Shown: piece after piece, positions 25,701 through 37,700 of the stretch
How the letters are laid out: each line of letters begins with the position of its first letter
Position numbering within the stretch: the first letter of the stretch is position 1
From: Lytechinus pictus
Lineage: Eukaryota
NCBI RefSeq assembly: GCF_037042905.1
Contig: NC_087245.1
Coordinates: forward strand, 26,970,001-27,034,000
DNA length: 64,000 nt
Direction of reading: 5' to 3'
The notes under the pieces: model-generated
Databases searched by the model: none
Seen by the model: the letters and a program-made list of their open reading frames with translations, nothing else
What the model was told of the DNA's origin: nothing
Made by a program: the position numbers and the translations under genes

Positions 25701-28700
25701 GCCCAAAAATTATGGGGGGACCACCAAAATTTGTTGACAAGCAACAAAAAAGGTTATCATAAAAAAAAAAAAAAAATATGTGTCCAAGTGTTTTAACATT
25801 TTTTTTCTCAAAACCTTATTCAGTTTCTTCAGATTTCCTCTCCGAGTTTGTATCACGATACGGAAGCAGAGTCCGAGAACGTGTTCGAGGTAAATACAAT
25901 GTGCTCGTGATACATATAAAGAATGTGGGATAATTTATATGGACTTTGCTTTGGTTATTTCTGTAATGTGTGAATAATAGCACAAGAAACATGTTTTTGT
26001 TGTTGTTGTAATGATATGCTGGCTCTCATCTTTTACTGGGAGGGTCGTGTATTAATATCCCATCGAGACACTATAACGTCCCATTATCACAAAGCATCAA
26101 ATCACACTTTTCCACTCTCCACCCAGGTGTTTGGTGGGATGCGAATGCCAATGCAGGAAGAAGAAGAACATAGAAAGAAAATGAAATAAAGAAGAAAAGA
26201 AGAAAAAGAGAAGAAAAAGAAAAATGTTTGAACATATAACTTGTACAAAAAGACAAGGAAAATCGGAGTCGAAAAGGAGATCAAAAACAGCAACAGAAGA
26301 AGAAATTATGAAGAATTGATAATTCATAATCTTTATTTCTGTTTGTAATAAGTATAGACATCCGACTCTTGCATGTATGCCATTAATCCTTATCATATGC
26401 ATTAACAGGGAACCTTGGGAGGAACGTTGGAGATGCTGAAGTTGAAGCTGAACGCACGAGAGGACGTAAGAGAGGAAAGGGAAATAGTAAAGGTAGATAT
26501 CTCTTATATATTTTCCTTTAGAAGTTAACATCAGCTGAACTATACTGTAATTTACAGGGATATAATCATTAGCGTGATAAAAGGGGTATTCACAGTAAAA
26601 ACGCCGTTTACAAACTGTTTAAACAGTTTTAAACAAGTGTACGAAAATCTTAAGCAAAAAAGTTTAATTTTTAATACTTATTAGATTTAGATTTGATTTT
26701 AGATTTAGATTTTATTTCCGTTCAACAATTTTTTCAAAATATAATCAAAGTAACAATACATATTCAATATAATCGATGATACAGACAAATCAATGAAATT
26801 TCGTAACAAATGTTGAATATAAATTAAACAAAACTAAAATTTGTTGCAGTAATTTTATAAATGAAAAGAAACAAGAAATGAACGGAGGGACTTGCCAAGA
26901 AAAGCAATAGCTTGTAGAGAAGGCAAGCCCCTAAACTTAGTTTCAATACTAATTATAAACAAACTATATATACAACTCTATACAAAAATCGAGACGGACA
27001 CAGAAGACAAACTTAAAACAAGTAATCCACAAATATCAAAATAAAACGAATAAGCGACAACAAAAATAAGAGAAAGTAATTCAAATAATAATAATTACAG
27101 TGGTAACACACAAAAAAAAGTATTTATACAAAATCATAATAGGGAGGGAAAAGTGGCAAAGGAAAGAAAGAGGGAGATAAGGGAGGTGCAAATAAAAAGT
27201 GCAAATGAAAAGAGGAACATGGCAGGTGCACAGGTCGTAATGTATTGTATCATGTTGTAGTATTGGTTTTTTTTTATAAGTAAAGTTTGACAAATTTATT
27301 GGTAGTTAAAGGTTAAGTTATTATGTAGTTTTAGTTTAGGTTATGTGTTAGCTTGACATGTTGGTGTGGAGCAGGGGCCGCGGAACGGTTTTCAAAGTGG
27401 GGGGTCTGACCATGCTAAAAATCACAATCATATGGTCATTTTTACATTTTTGTACACGGTTTTGGAAAAAAGTGGGGGGCTGAAGCCCCCCCCCCCCCCG
27501 GTTCCGCGGCCCCTGTGGAGTATTGACAAATGAGCATCTTTTTAAGTTTGCGTTTAAAAATATTAAGGTTTGTAGATTCTTTAAAGTCGTTGGGCAGGGA
27601 ATTCCAATACACAGGTCCAAAAAAGATAAAAGAGTTTTTCGCTAATATACAGTGCGTATCAAAAAAAAGTTTACACTTTGAAAAAGCCCTGTGAATAAAA
27701 AAATATACAACATGTGGGTACATTTTTCACATATATTCTTGAGTTTGGGTCTCATCTATCAAATGAAAGTAAAAGTTTTGACAGGATGTTACACTTGAGT
27801 GAGCACTGTCCATTTTTGTAAAGCTCGCAGAAATCTGTTTGCGCAGAAATGCTCATTTTCACGTTGTGTCAAGGGGAAAGGGCGAAATCAAACTTACCCT
27901 GCGAAACATTTCTCATATATTTCCCTTGCACTTTTAGTCAATTGAAGTAAAACAGATACATTCAAGCATTTTGTAACAATTTTGCCATCCAAATTGAAAT
28001 TTCAACACTTAGTAAGCACAACCTTTACCCTTTTTGTGCTAGCTGGATCTGAGGACATAACTGAATCTGAACAAAAGTTTATATCAGACATCTCCAGAAT
28101 TTTTTCACTTAGTTTTTATCATTCTTAGTGGGTTTACATTTCATTTTTCATTTAACACTTGTTTCTCCACACTTTTCCCAAGCTTGACAATGATTAAAAA
28201 AATGAAAATCAAGCCTAAGCCATTTCATGTAAATCACAGCTTAGTGTAAAGCAAATATCGTCACGATGGCCTCAGTGTGTGGGGGAGCGGGATAGGGCGC
28301 AATTCACTCTTCGAAGTGTTTTGGGCAAGGAAACAAGTTAAAAAAGGTAAAAAGATATCTTTAAATCAATTTTATTAGCTAAATTCCACATTTTTTTCAT
28401 GATCAAGGTCTACTTTTATTGCATAACTATTTCAAAGTTCTGCGCAAATCATTTTTCACTAACTTTTCAAAAGTAAGTGGTGCTCACTCAAGCGAAAATA
28501 TTTTTCGACAGTTATATCGTCATTCGCTTAAATGGATCTGTATTAATGTTAAAATGTGGAAAAATCTTCAGGATATTACAAATGTATAATTTTACAGGAT
28601 TTTTTCAAAGTGTAAACTTTTTTTTGATACGCACTGTAGTACGGTTAGGGGGTAGGTGATAACAATTACGTTGTCTCGTTGGGTAATCGTGTATAGAGGA

Positions 28701-31700
28701 GTTTTTACAGAACATATTTGAAAAAAATTGTTGGGAGATCATCTTTGTTTAGTTTATACATAAATTGGGTGAGTTGGAAAAGATATAAATCACTCACTTT
28801 AAGAATATTATTTTGGAAGAATAGTATATCTGTGTGTGATCTGAATTGGTTTTGAAAAATTATTCTAAGAGCCTTCTTCTGCAGCAACAGTATTCTTTGT
28901 AATTGTGTTTGGATCGCACAACCCCATGCCAAAATGCCATAACTAATGTATGGTAATATTAATGTATGATACAGTGTTAGTAAAGTGTGAGATGGGAGAA
29001 AATATTTCAGTTTGTTCATAATTCCGATGTTTCTTGAAATTGTTTTGCATATATTATTGATGTGTGGTTTCCATGATAGCTTATTATCAATAGTAATTAT
29101 CTTAGTAGCTTATTATCAATAATATTATCTTAATAGCTTATTATCAATAGCTTATTATCAATATGTAATGTATACAGACCCGCTTTGGTTAGTGACAAGC
29201 TGCGTGTTGGATTCAGTTGATAGACGAATAATAATGTTTGTTTTGAGACACAAAAGTAAACCACACATTTGTCATACCATCTGAAAATGTGACTCGCGTG
29301 ACAATAGCATTTTTAGGATTGAAACTTGAACCAATTATAAAAACTGCTTGAACGGAGAAGGTGGTAAAACAATTTAGATTTACCGCTTCAAATGTATCCT
29401 GCAAAACGGTAATCATTCTTTTTGGATTGGTTGGGCTTTTTTTTGTAAACGGGTAGAATTTGGCATTTTTAGCTGTGTCTAACGGCTACTATACAGCAGG
29501 GACCGCGAAACTGAAGAATGAGGAAGTTTCATCCCCCGCCATCTTTTAAAGTAAACGTGTACAAAAATATATTATTTTACCATTTATTGTGTTTGTATGT
29601 TCACCCCCCTCACTTTCCACAACATTTTGAGGCCTTGTATAGTGTTGTACCTTTATGTTGATAGAACATTCTATCAATTTTAATGTACTGTACTTTGCAA
29701 TTAAATCGGTATAACTAGGTAAAGTATAAACAACATTATCCTACATCTTTTTCATTCTAGGCTCTAGTGGAAGCAGTTCTGAAAGTAAAGACAGAAGCGG
29801 AAAACGAGGTACACGTATTATTTTATTCATTGAACATATTGAGGCATGTATCCAATAGGGTGTGGCAGCAAATAAAAGGCCAGTGTCACACCGGCAAAAT
29901 TGACTCCTGGTGCCCCGTTGCTTAAAACTTACCATTATGGTAACTTTGCCATCCAATGGTAACTTGCATAAAAAATCCTTGAATTTGATTGGCTGTTGAT
30001 CAGCGTTTCCATGGTAGTTACCATTGGATGGCAAAGTTACTTTAATAGTAACTTTTATGCAACGGGGCCCAGACTGACCAAATATATTATTTCATATGAC
30101 ATATCAATGTTCAGTACGAAGTCGGTTTCGTTGATGTGACTATATAGTACTCACCTGTTATGAAATGGGTCACTCGTTTTGGAAATAATACCCCCCCCCC
30201 TTAGTACGGAGAAAAATTTGTCCCTTTTCAGTGTGAAGCCTTTTTTATTATTGTGCTCGGCAGATTACTTTTAATGGGAGAATTAGGTTAATTTGGGGAC
30301 GTGAAATAACCTTTTTAATGCAAAGCAGAATCAGCAATCTCTCCGACGAATAATGATAATGGCAAAGACATATAATCAATTCATAAAATCCTGGATCTGT
30401 CGATGGACTTGTTGATCATTTTTGGCTGCCACTTTCCACTCCTTAGTGTATTAAAAAACTTTGAGAGAACCCCAAAACAGATTACACTGGAATATTAAAA
30501 GAAGATAAATAAAATTAAGATCCATGTAGCAGGGGCTAAAGAGAAAGTATAATAAACAAATACGTAAGGCAATAACACTACATATGCACAAAGAGAACAA
30601 GAAGGGTGCAAAGGGAGAATAAACGATCGATCATTATTTTTATTCGTTTTGTTATTTAGTGTTGATATTGATATAGAAATATGATTGATTGATATCTTCG
30701 TGGATAGGTAACCGAAATAGGAATGGCGGAGACAGTGAAGTTGAAAATGACAGCGATGGAGGACGAAGGAGGGGAAATGGTAGGGGTCGAGGTAAATATT
30801 CCTAATAATGTGGAATGAATTATTTATAATGCTTTAAAAAAGATACCTTGCTGGCTTTTTGCTGCTGAATGAATTCAAGATGATTACTGTCATTATTTCT
30901 GTTTAAATGAATACAAACTAATTTGAATTGTCATTTGAATTTGAACATATTGCTGATGATGAAGATGGTTAGACAAACTGTCCCTTTTTAAAACCTTTAG
31001 AATGCAGTACACCTAATCCAATGGAATGAAAAAAAATAGAAATATATTAATATATATCTTATGGAAAATTTCAAGTAGAATGAGTTTGATCATAATTGTC
31101 CCTTTGGCATCTACATTGGTGTTCATGTATCTCAATACGTACATAGGGCCATACTCACTATAGCTTATTTACATTTATGAGGAGAAATTATCACAGGTTA
31201 ATATAGGCCTATATTTTTTATCTGGTAAATTTATTCAACCAGAGAGTAGGAGGAAGGAGGTCGGATATACAGAAACTGCATCCAGGCGAAACAGGTATAA
31301 GGACAGACGACAATGGGGCAGTAGAAGAGGTGGGACAGATTGCTTCATTCATACCATAATTCTCTTGTCTATTTTTGAACATAGTATATGGGTCTAGTTC
31401 TCTCCAATGTTCACATTTTGTTGTACGAATTATTGCTTGTTAACTTGTAGGGCGTAGTAACATACAGGTTTTTGCCTCTTCTCGGCTACTTTTCTGTAAC
31501 ATCAGCAGCAACAATNNNNNNNNNNNNNNNNNNNNNNNNNNNNNNNNNNNNNNNNNNNNNNNNNNNNNNNNNNNNNNNNNNNNNNNNNNNNNNNNNNNNN
31601 NNNNNNNNNNNNNNNNNNNNNNNNNNNNNNNNNNNNNNNNNNNNNNNNNNNNNNNNNNNNNNNNNNNNNNNNNNNNNGGGGACAGGGGGCGATCACCATT

Positions 31701-34700
31701 CCCCATGAAAATATTGGTGGAAGGGCATACATACAGATTTGCCCCCCCCCCCCCCATAAATCTGAAAATTCATAATATGCAATACAAATAGTTACAAAAG
31801 CATGAGAAACTGCTATAAAACCACTGAACCTACCTTAAAACTACTTTTAATCATAAAAATTGTAAACCTTTCAGCTTCCTTTACGCACAAAATTATTTAT
31901 TATAATTTTAGACATTTTTGCCTACCCCCAATCTGAAACATGGATTGACTCCCCTGGTAGACGAAAAGCACTATCATCATTAGAATCTTATATTTATTTT
32001 CCCCCTTTTACTGTAAAACAGGTGGATCATGGAGATCACGAAGGGGCAAATGTAAGTTTTCATTCGCTTCTCTACAGTGCGTCTCAAAAAAAACTATACA
32101 CTTTTGAAATGGCTGCCAAACAAAAAATATGTCACCTTGGGGAAAAATACCTATATATATGGAAAGCCAATAAATTAAAATTTCAAATGACACCAAAAAG
32201 TTGGAAAACTATTCATGCTTGAGTGAGCACTACCCACTTAAACAAAGGGTATGAAAATTAGGGTGGGCAGGAATTAGCCTTCCAATTTCTTTCAGTTTTT
32301 GAGAGGCGAGTCCCCTGGAACTTGCAAAGTTGAGGGTAATGTGATAAATTAATGATCAATCATTATTAATTTAGGTTCTTAGAGCTAATTTCAAGAATTA
32401 TCAAATTTAAATTTATGCATGAGTGAACATGAATTACATTTTTTAGTGCATCATTTTGACCTTTTCACGTGGATCTCAGCAATGTGTTTATGGGAGTCAG
32501 AATAGGGATGAGATATGACTTAGGTGGGGGAAGTAGGTTGATGGCACAAAGGCCAACAGAACAAGCCACCCCCCTCTCTCTCTCTACCCCTTCCTCCCAT
32601 CCTGAGAGACTAGCCTTTGCTAGGGCGAGCAGGAATGAGCCTTCCAGTTTTGTTTAGTGGTGAGTCCTTTGGAACTTGCCAAGTTAAAGGTGTCATGCTA
32701 AATTATTGATGAATTGAGATCAGTTTTTGGTTTTACTTAGGCTAATTTCATGAGTTACTAAATTGAAATGCAGTGCATGAGTAAACAGGAATTTTAATTT
32801 TAGTGCAGCATTTTAAGTTTATTATGTGGATCTTAGCAAGTGTGCTTGTGAGAGTCAGAGTAATGTGATGTCACCTGTTGCATGCAAGGGGTGTCAGATA
32901 GGGTAAGACTGGGTTAAACAGTTAAAAGGGCGTTCTTCTTCTTTGTTTTCTCTTACAAATTCCCTCCCCTTCAGCCCCTCTTTCTCTCTTTCTCCTGGAT
33001 CATGGTATTCAAAACTTAAATGCTAAGTGACTGATGGTTGATGGGTCTTTTATTTTCCATTGAATGATTCTAAGAAATTTACTAATTATGATGATTTATG
33101 AATTCATTGAAAAAGCTGAATAATTGATTGATAATTTATTGAAAAAGCTGAATGTTTAATTGATCACATTGATTTACTAACAAATTGTTGATCAAATGGT
33201 AAAAGTTGATGATCGAATTCTCAAAATTTATCAAATTGACAGTCCGCTCTGGACTTTATGTGTACATGTAATAGCATTCAGTCTCGATCTAAGGGAGTCT
33301 AAACATTCTGTTGACCTTTTACCCATTAGCTTACTTCACCCATTTAAGTCCTATCTCACCCCTATTCTCCTTACTTCAATGAACACACTGCTGAGATCCA
33401 CATGATAAAAAGTTAAAATGCTGCACTAAAGATTACAACTGACACTCACTCATGCATGAAATTTCAATCTAGTAATTCATGAAATTTGCTCTAACAATTT
33501 AAATTGATCATTAATTTATCACAACACCCTCAACTTTGCAAGTTCCAAGGGACTCGCCTCTTAAAAACTGAAAGAAATTGGAAGGCTAATTCCTGCCCAC
33601 CCTAATTTTCATACCCTTTGTTTAAGTGGGTAGTGCTCACTCAAGCATGAATAGTTTTCCAACTTTTTGGTGTCATTTGAAAGTTTAATTTATTGGCTTT
33701 CCATATATATAAGTATTTTTCCCCAAAGTGACATATTTTTTGTTTGGCAGCCATTTCAAAAGTGTATAGTTTTTTTTGAGACGCACTGTATACTTTTATC
33801 ACATTTATACCATGCGTTCCTAATTGTCAACAAATTAGCAATTTGTCAGTGATAATACACAAAAGGTTGACAGAGTTCAGGAACTGGCACATTTGATTTA
33901 AGTTGGCTCTGATGGCCAAGGTTTATGTCTCAAACTTGCCTTAACTTGCCTTTTGTTGACTGTTCAAATGATTTCATATTATCATGATTACGTCACAAAT
34001 GGTATTATTATCGTGCTGCACTCGCCAAAGGTGAGGTAAAATGGGAACTTGCAAGAAGAAATTCCTAAAAGCCTTTGAGCAGTAGAATTGCTAGCCCACA
34101 GCTTAGCCGTGGTGATATAAGCATCTTGAGTAATGGCATACAGATGGGGGCTCGGGGGCCAATGCTCACCAAAAGTTCCACCACCAAAAAAAATGAGAAA
34201 AAAGAAGAAAAAAAGAAATCACACTAAATTAGCTTTTTCAGAATTCAGAGAGTCAGTATTTTTGCTGGCTTGTGACCTTTAAAAAATGTTGTTCCATACA
34301 TCATGTTTGGCCCCCTCAAAATTTGGGATCATTACACCAATAGCCTTGAGCACCTAACATTGTGGAGCATTGTGGACCAGTGGGTTAGTGTCTGGACTTT
34401 TAAACAGGGTTGTGGGTTCAAATCCCAGGCATGGTATCATTTCCTTCAGTAAGATATTGATTGTGCTGTACTTAATCCAGATGAGATAATTGAATACCTA
34501 GTAGGACTAATTCCTTTAATGCATCAAGTGCCTTATTGAGCAGCTGGAGCTAAGCCAGGGTATAAAGCATCATTGAATATTGGCAACTGGATGATTGGCG
34601 CCCCATAAATGCTATATGTTATTGTTATTTGTGCATTATTCATAGATATCCTATATCAATGTTACAATTATTTTCATCTCATTGTGTCGTATCACCTTTC

Positions 34701-37700
34701 TAGTTTATAGATGGCGAACTCTCAGCGGGAAAGAAAGATCTCACGCACTTCACCTCGATGAACAACAACTTGCCATGTCTATGTACGTCAGAAGCAGGGC
34801 AGCTCGATTCGATCTAGAATTCTGCATGGCACCAAATGGCAAAGACTGTCTCACTGCTTGTAAGTTTGCAATGGTTTAGTAAATCTAGACGATCTGGTCC
34901 CTGGAACATAAAAGGTTTGCAATGAAATGAAATAATAGCGATGAAAGAACCATTCTGATTGGTTCCTGTCCAGTGTCAGACCAAGGTGCTAAATTACACC
35001 TGTGCCCTCAAAGACAATCTCAGTGTGAGATTGCCAAAGGTGTTCTTGAACCTCTTCTCATAGGGTGTGGATTAATGAGTTATTATTAGTATTATTATTT
35101 ATCACTTTAACTACAGCATCTGTATGTTGTTATCACAATGGTTAGACAAAGTGCCCCATTCCCTACCAATTCATACGGAATCAATTTTTTTCTTTACGTT
35201 AACCATGATATCTACAGATCTGTATCAATTGATGTCAATGCCATGCCAAATTACGGTGACATCCATTGTTATTTCGCCTGAATGATATAGAAAGTGTACT
35301 GTGCCCCCTGCTTAAATACTCCAAGTGCACTGGTCAAGAATGTCAATATTGTCTTCTATTCTTTCTTTCTGTAGATATGAGTACACAGGATGATTCTCGC
35401 GCATACGTTGATTACAAAGGCACCAAGGTTGCAGAGAGCACAAAGGGAGCCTTCATTAGACTTGCCAGAAGAACCAAATTGAACGTGCTAATCTCAAGTC
35501 ATCGATTAAGCATCGTCAATGGCCATGGAGACCAGCTTTCGGTCGAATTACCAGAAGGTTCATCAGTTGAAGATATCTACATGTCCACACCAGATGGAAA
35601 ATGGACAAAGGTGAAAATCCGCCTCCGAAGAAGTATGTACCTTAGCTCACTCTTCATATATTCTTTTAAAATCAGTGTCTGTTCATAAATGTTCTCATTT
35701 CAATCAAGTAGTAAATGGGTACTTAACCTGTGTGTAAGAAAATGTATTCCTTAAACAAAATAGGTCTAAGGAATTGTCGTACCCTGTAAATCAGCAATCA
35801 ATCCGTTCATATATGTTCATGAGGACATACATAGAACTGATGCAAAATTTTTAATATTTATAACTTTGTCATACCTTGTCCATTTTTTTATGGATTCTTT
35901 AGTATTTTTGTGTTCAATTCACACAATTTTCAGCTTTGTGTACCCCTAAACACCAACTCCACAATGTTTAGCTTTAGCTCATGTCCTGGACTACTTAAAC
36001 GGTTAATGGTTAACTACTAGTACCAGAATGCAATATCATGTATACAGCCTATTCTATACCCAGAATCCAAACAAATTATCCTCTGTTTACGTTTTTACAA
36101 ATATTACAAATATATTGTGCCAAGTTATAAAATGATTACAGGATACTTAAAAAAAAATTATGGAGATCAAATGACTGGCATTAGTTATACAAGTTCATTT
36201 TATTTTTGTTTTTAACAAAAAAAAAAGGATTATGTGGTATATATTTGCATCATATGACCCTTACTATTTACTTTACTTCCTTTTAATACAGCAATACTTT
36301 AGGGCAGAAGTGCAGAGCTTCAACAGAAAAGAATTCAAATATGTAATGACATGATTATCAGAATACACTGAACAGTTTTTTAATTCACTAGTGCTGGCCT
36401 AATCACACGATTCTTAAAAATTATCAGTTTGTCTCTATTCTATTCATACTGATATGCTATATTCATTTTTGAATTATCTTAGTGGGCAAAAAACTCACTA
36501 GCTCTGGTGGACCTCTGACTCGCAGTACTGCCTTTGAGGATATTGGTTCGAAAAGAACGTCACTGTCCTGTGGAATACGCACCGTGGCCACATTCGTCAG
36601 ATTCTACTTTTGTTTTGATCGTAGCAATTGCTACATAGCCGGTAAGGACAATACCCTTGAGGACTCTCATTCCCCTACACTTGCTCTATCACTCCCTGAC
36701 ACCCCTATATACTTGAACACAAGAGACGGGTGAAGGAGAAGAGGTAGAATGCAGTAATCTGGGGGGGGGGGGGTTAAGTCACAAGAGAAAATATATCTAC
36801 ACACATTGAATTCACTCCTGGAAAGAAAGTTTCTCCCATCGCCATATGGAAAATCTGTGAACATTGTGTCTCCTGAATACCGCTAAGGTAACTGACTTCA
36901 CTTATACCAGGGGTCATATTTTTAGGTGCTCAAGGCGAGTGTCAAACAGATTACAAACCGCCTATTTCACAAGAAAAAGTATTAAAGATGTTTCAAATTT
37001 GAAAAGTCTTGAAAATACATATTGTCAAATGGAAGATGGTGTGTATGGAACTGACAACATATATATTTCGTTGTATACTGCAAATTGAATCCCTCCTTGC
37101 TTTCCTAATTATGTTATTCACAAAATCTATATATGTGTAAAAGATGGTCCCTTTGGCTTTTTCGATATGATTTTACATTGATATCAGCTTTAATGTTATC
37201 ACCATGGTCATAACGGTGTTTTTTTCTTTCAATCTTCTCCGGTATAGACCTTAGCACGCAACCTACAGAAACATCCCAAATCACTTACCAAGGAGATTTG
37301 GTGAGTGATGAGGTACCAGGTATCTTTATCATCCCAAACAAAGATAAGGAATTTGAAATCTTCTTCGATGTCAATGGGGGTTACCTCAAGATCTGGAATA
37401 CCAATCCAGATGGTGAACGCCAACTCATCGCTGACATTCCTAAAGGTCGTCGGTTTGAATCTGTCTCGGCTTCTACAGATGACGGTGATTTCACAGAACT
37501 ACAGATGATTGAGATTGAAGGTATCTCCTGTTGTCTTTTTCTTCGGTCGATTTCAGTGTTTTCTTTTTCTCCCTTTAAAAAAAAATACCCCTAACCATGG
37601 TTTATCTTAAAAAAAACACAATTATTCCACATGAAATTCTTGGCCTGGATATACTTACACAAAATTTTGTCTCAATCCCATCTAATTTCAAGGTTAAATC

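Larger units (their letters stand above)
26681..29090 (-). mobile_element. 5'-truncated CR1-group LINE (ORF2 C-terminus plus 3' UTR) carrying two nested insertions
   Basis: IDNKLSWKPHINNICKTISRNIGIMNKLKYFLP...YGILAWG...LQKKALRII (28705-29090) continues as GPVYWNSLP...FKRKLKK (27520-27647); AATAAA plus (ATCTAA)n tail at 26681-26716. Confidence 0.85.

Noticed and set aside
9944-32051. Identity with sea urchin Transformer (185/333) genes, suggested by Gly/Arg-rich elements and RGD
   Set aside because: Those genes have two exons and a His-rich region. This gene has more than 50 exons and globular domains.
20566-34630. tRNA genes at 20570 and 34364
   Set aside because: The A/B boxes belong to SINE heads with tails (and a TSD for the 20566 copy); no complete cloverleaf.
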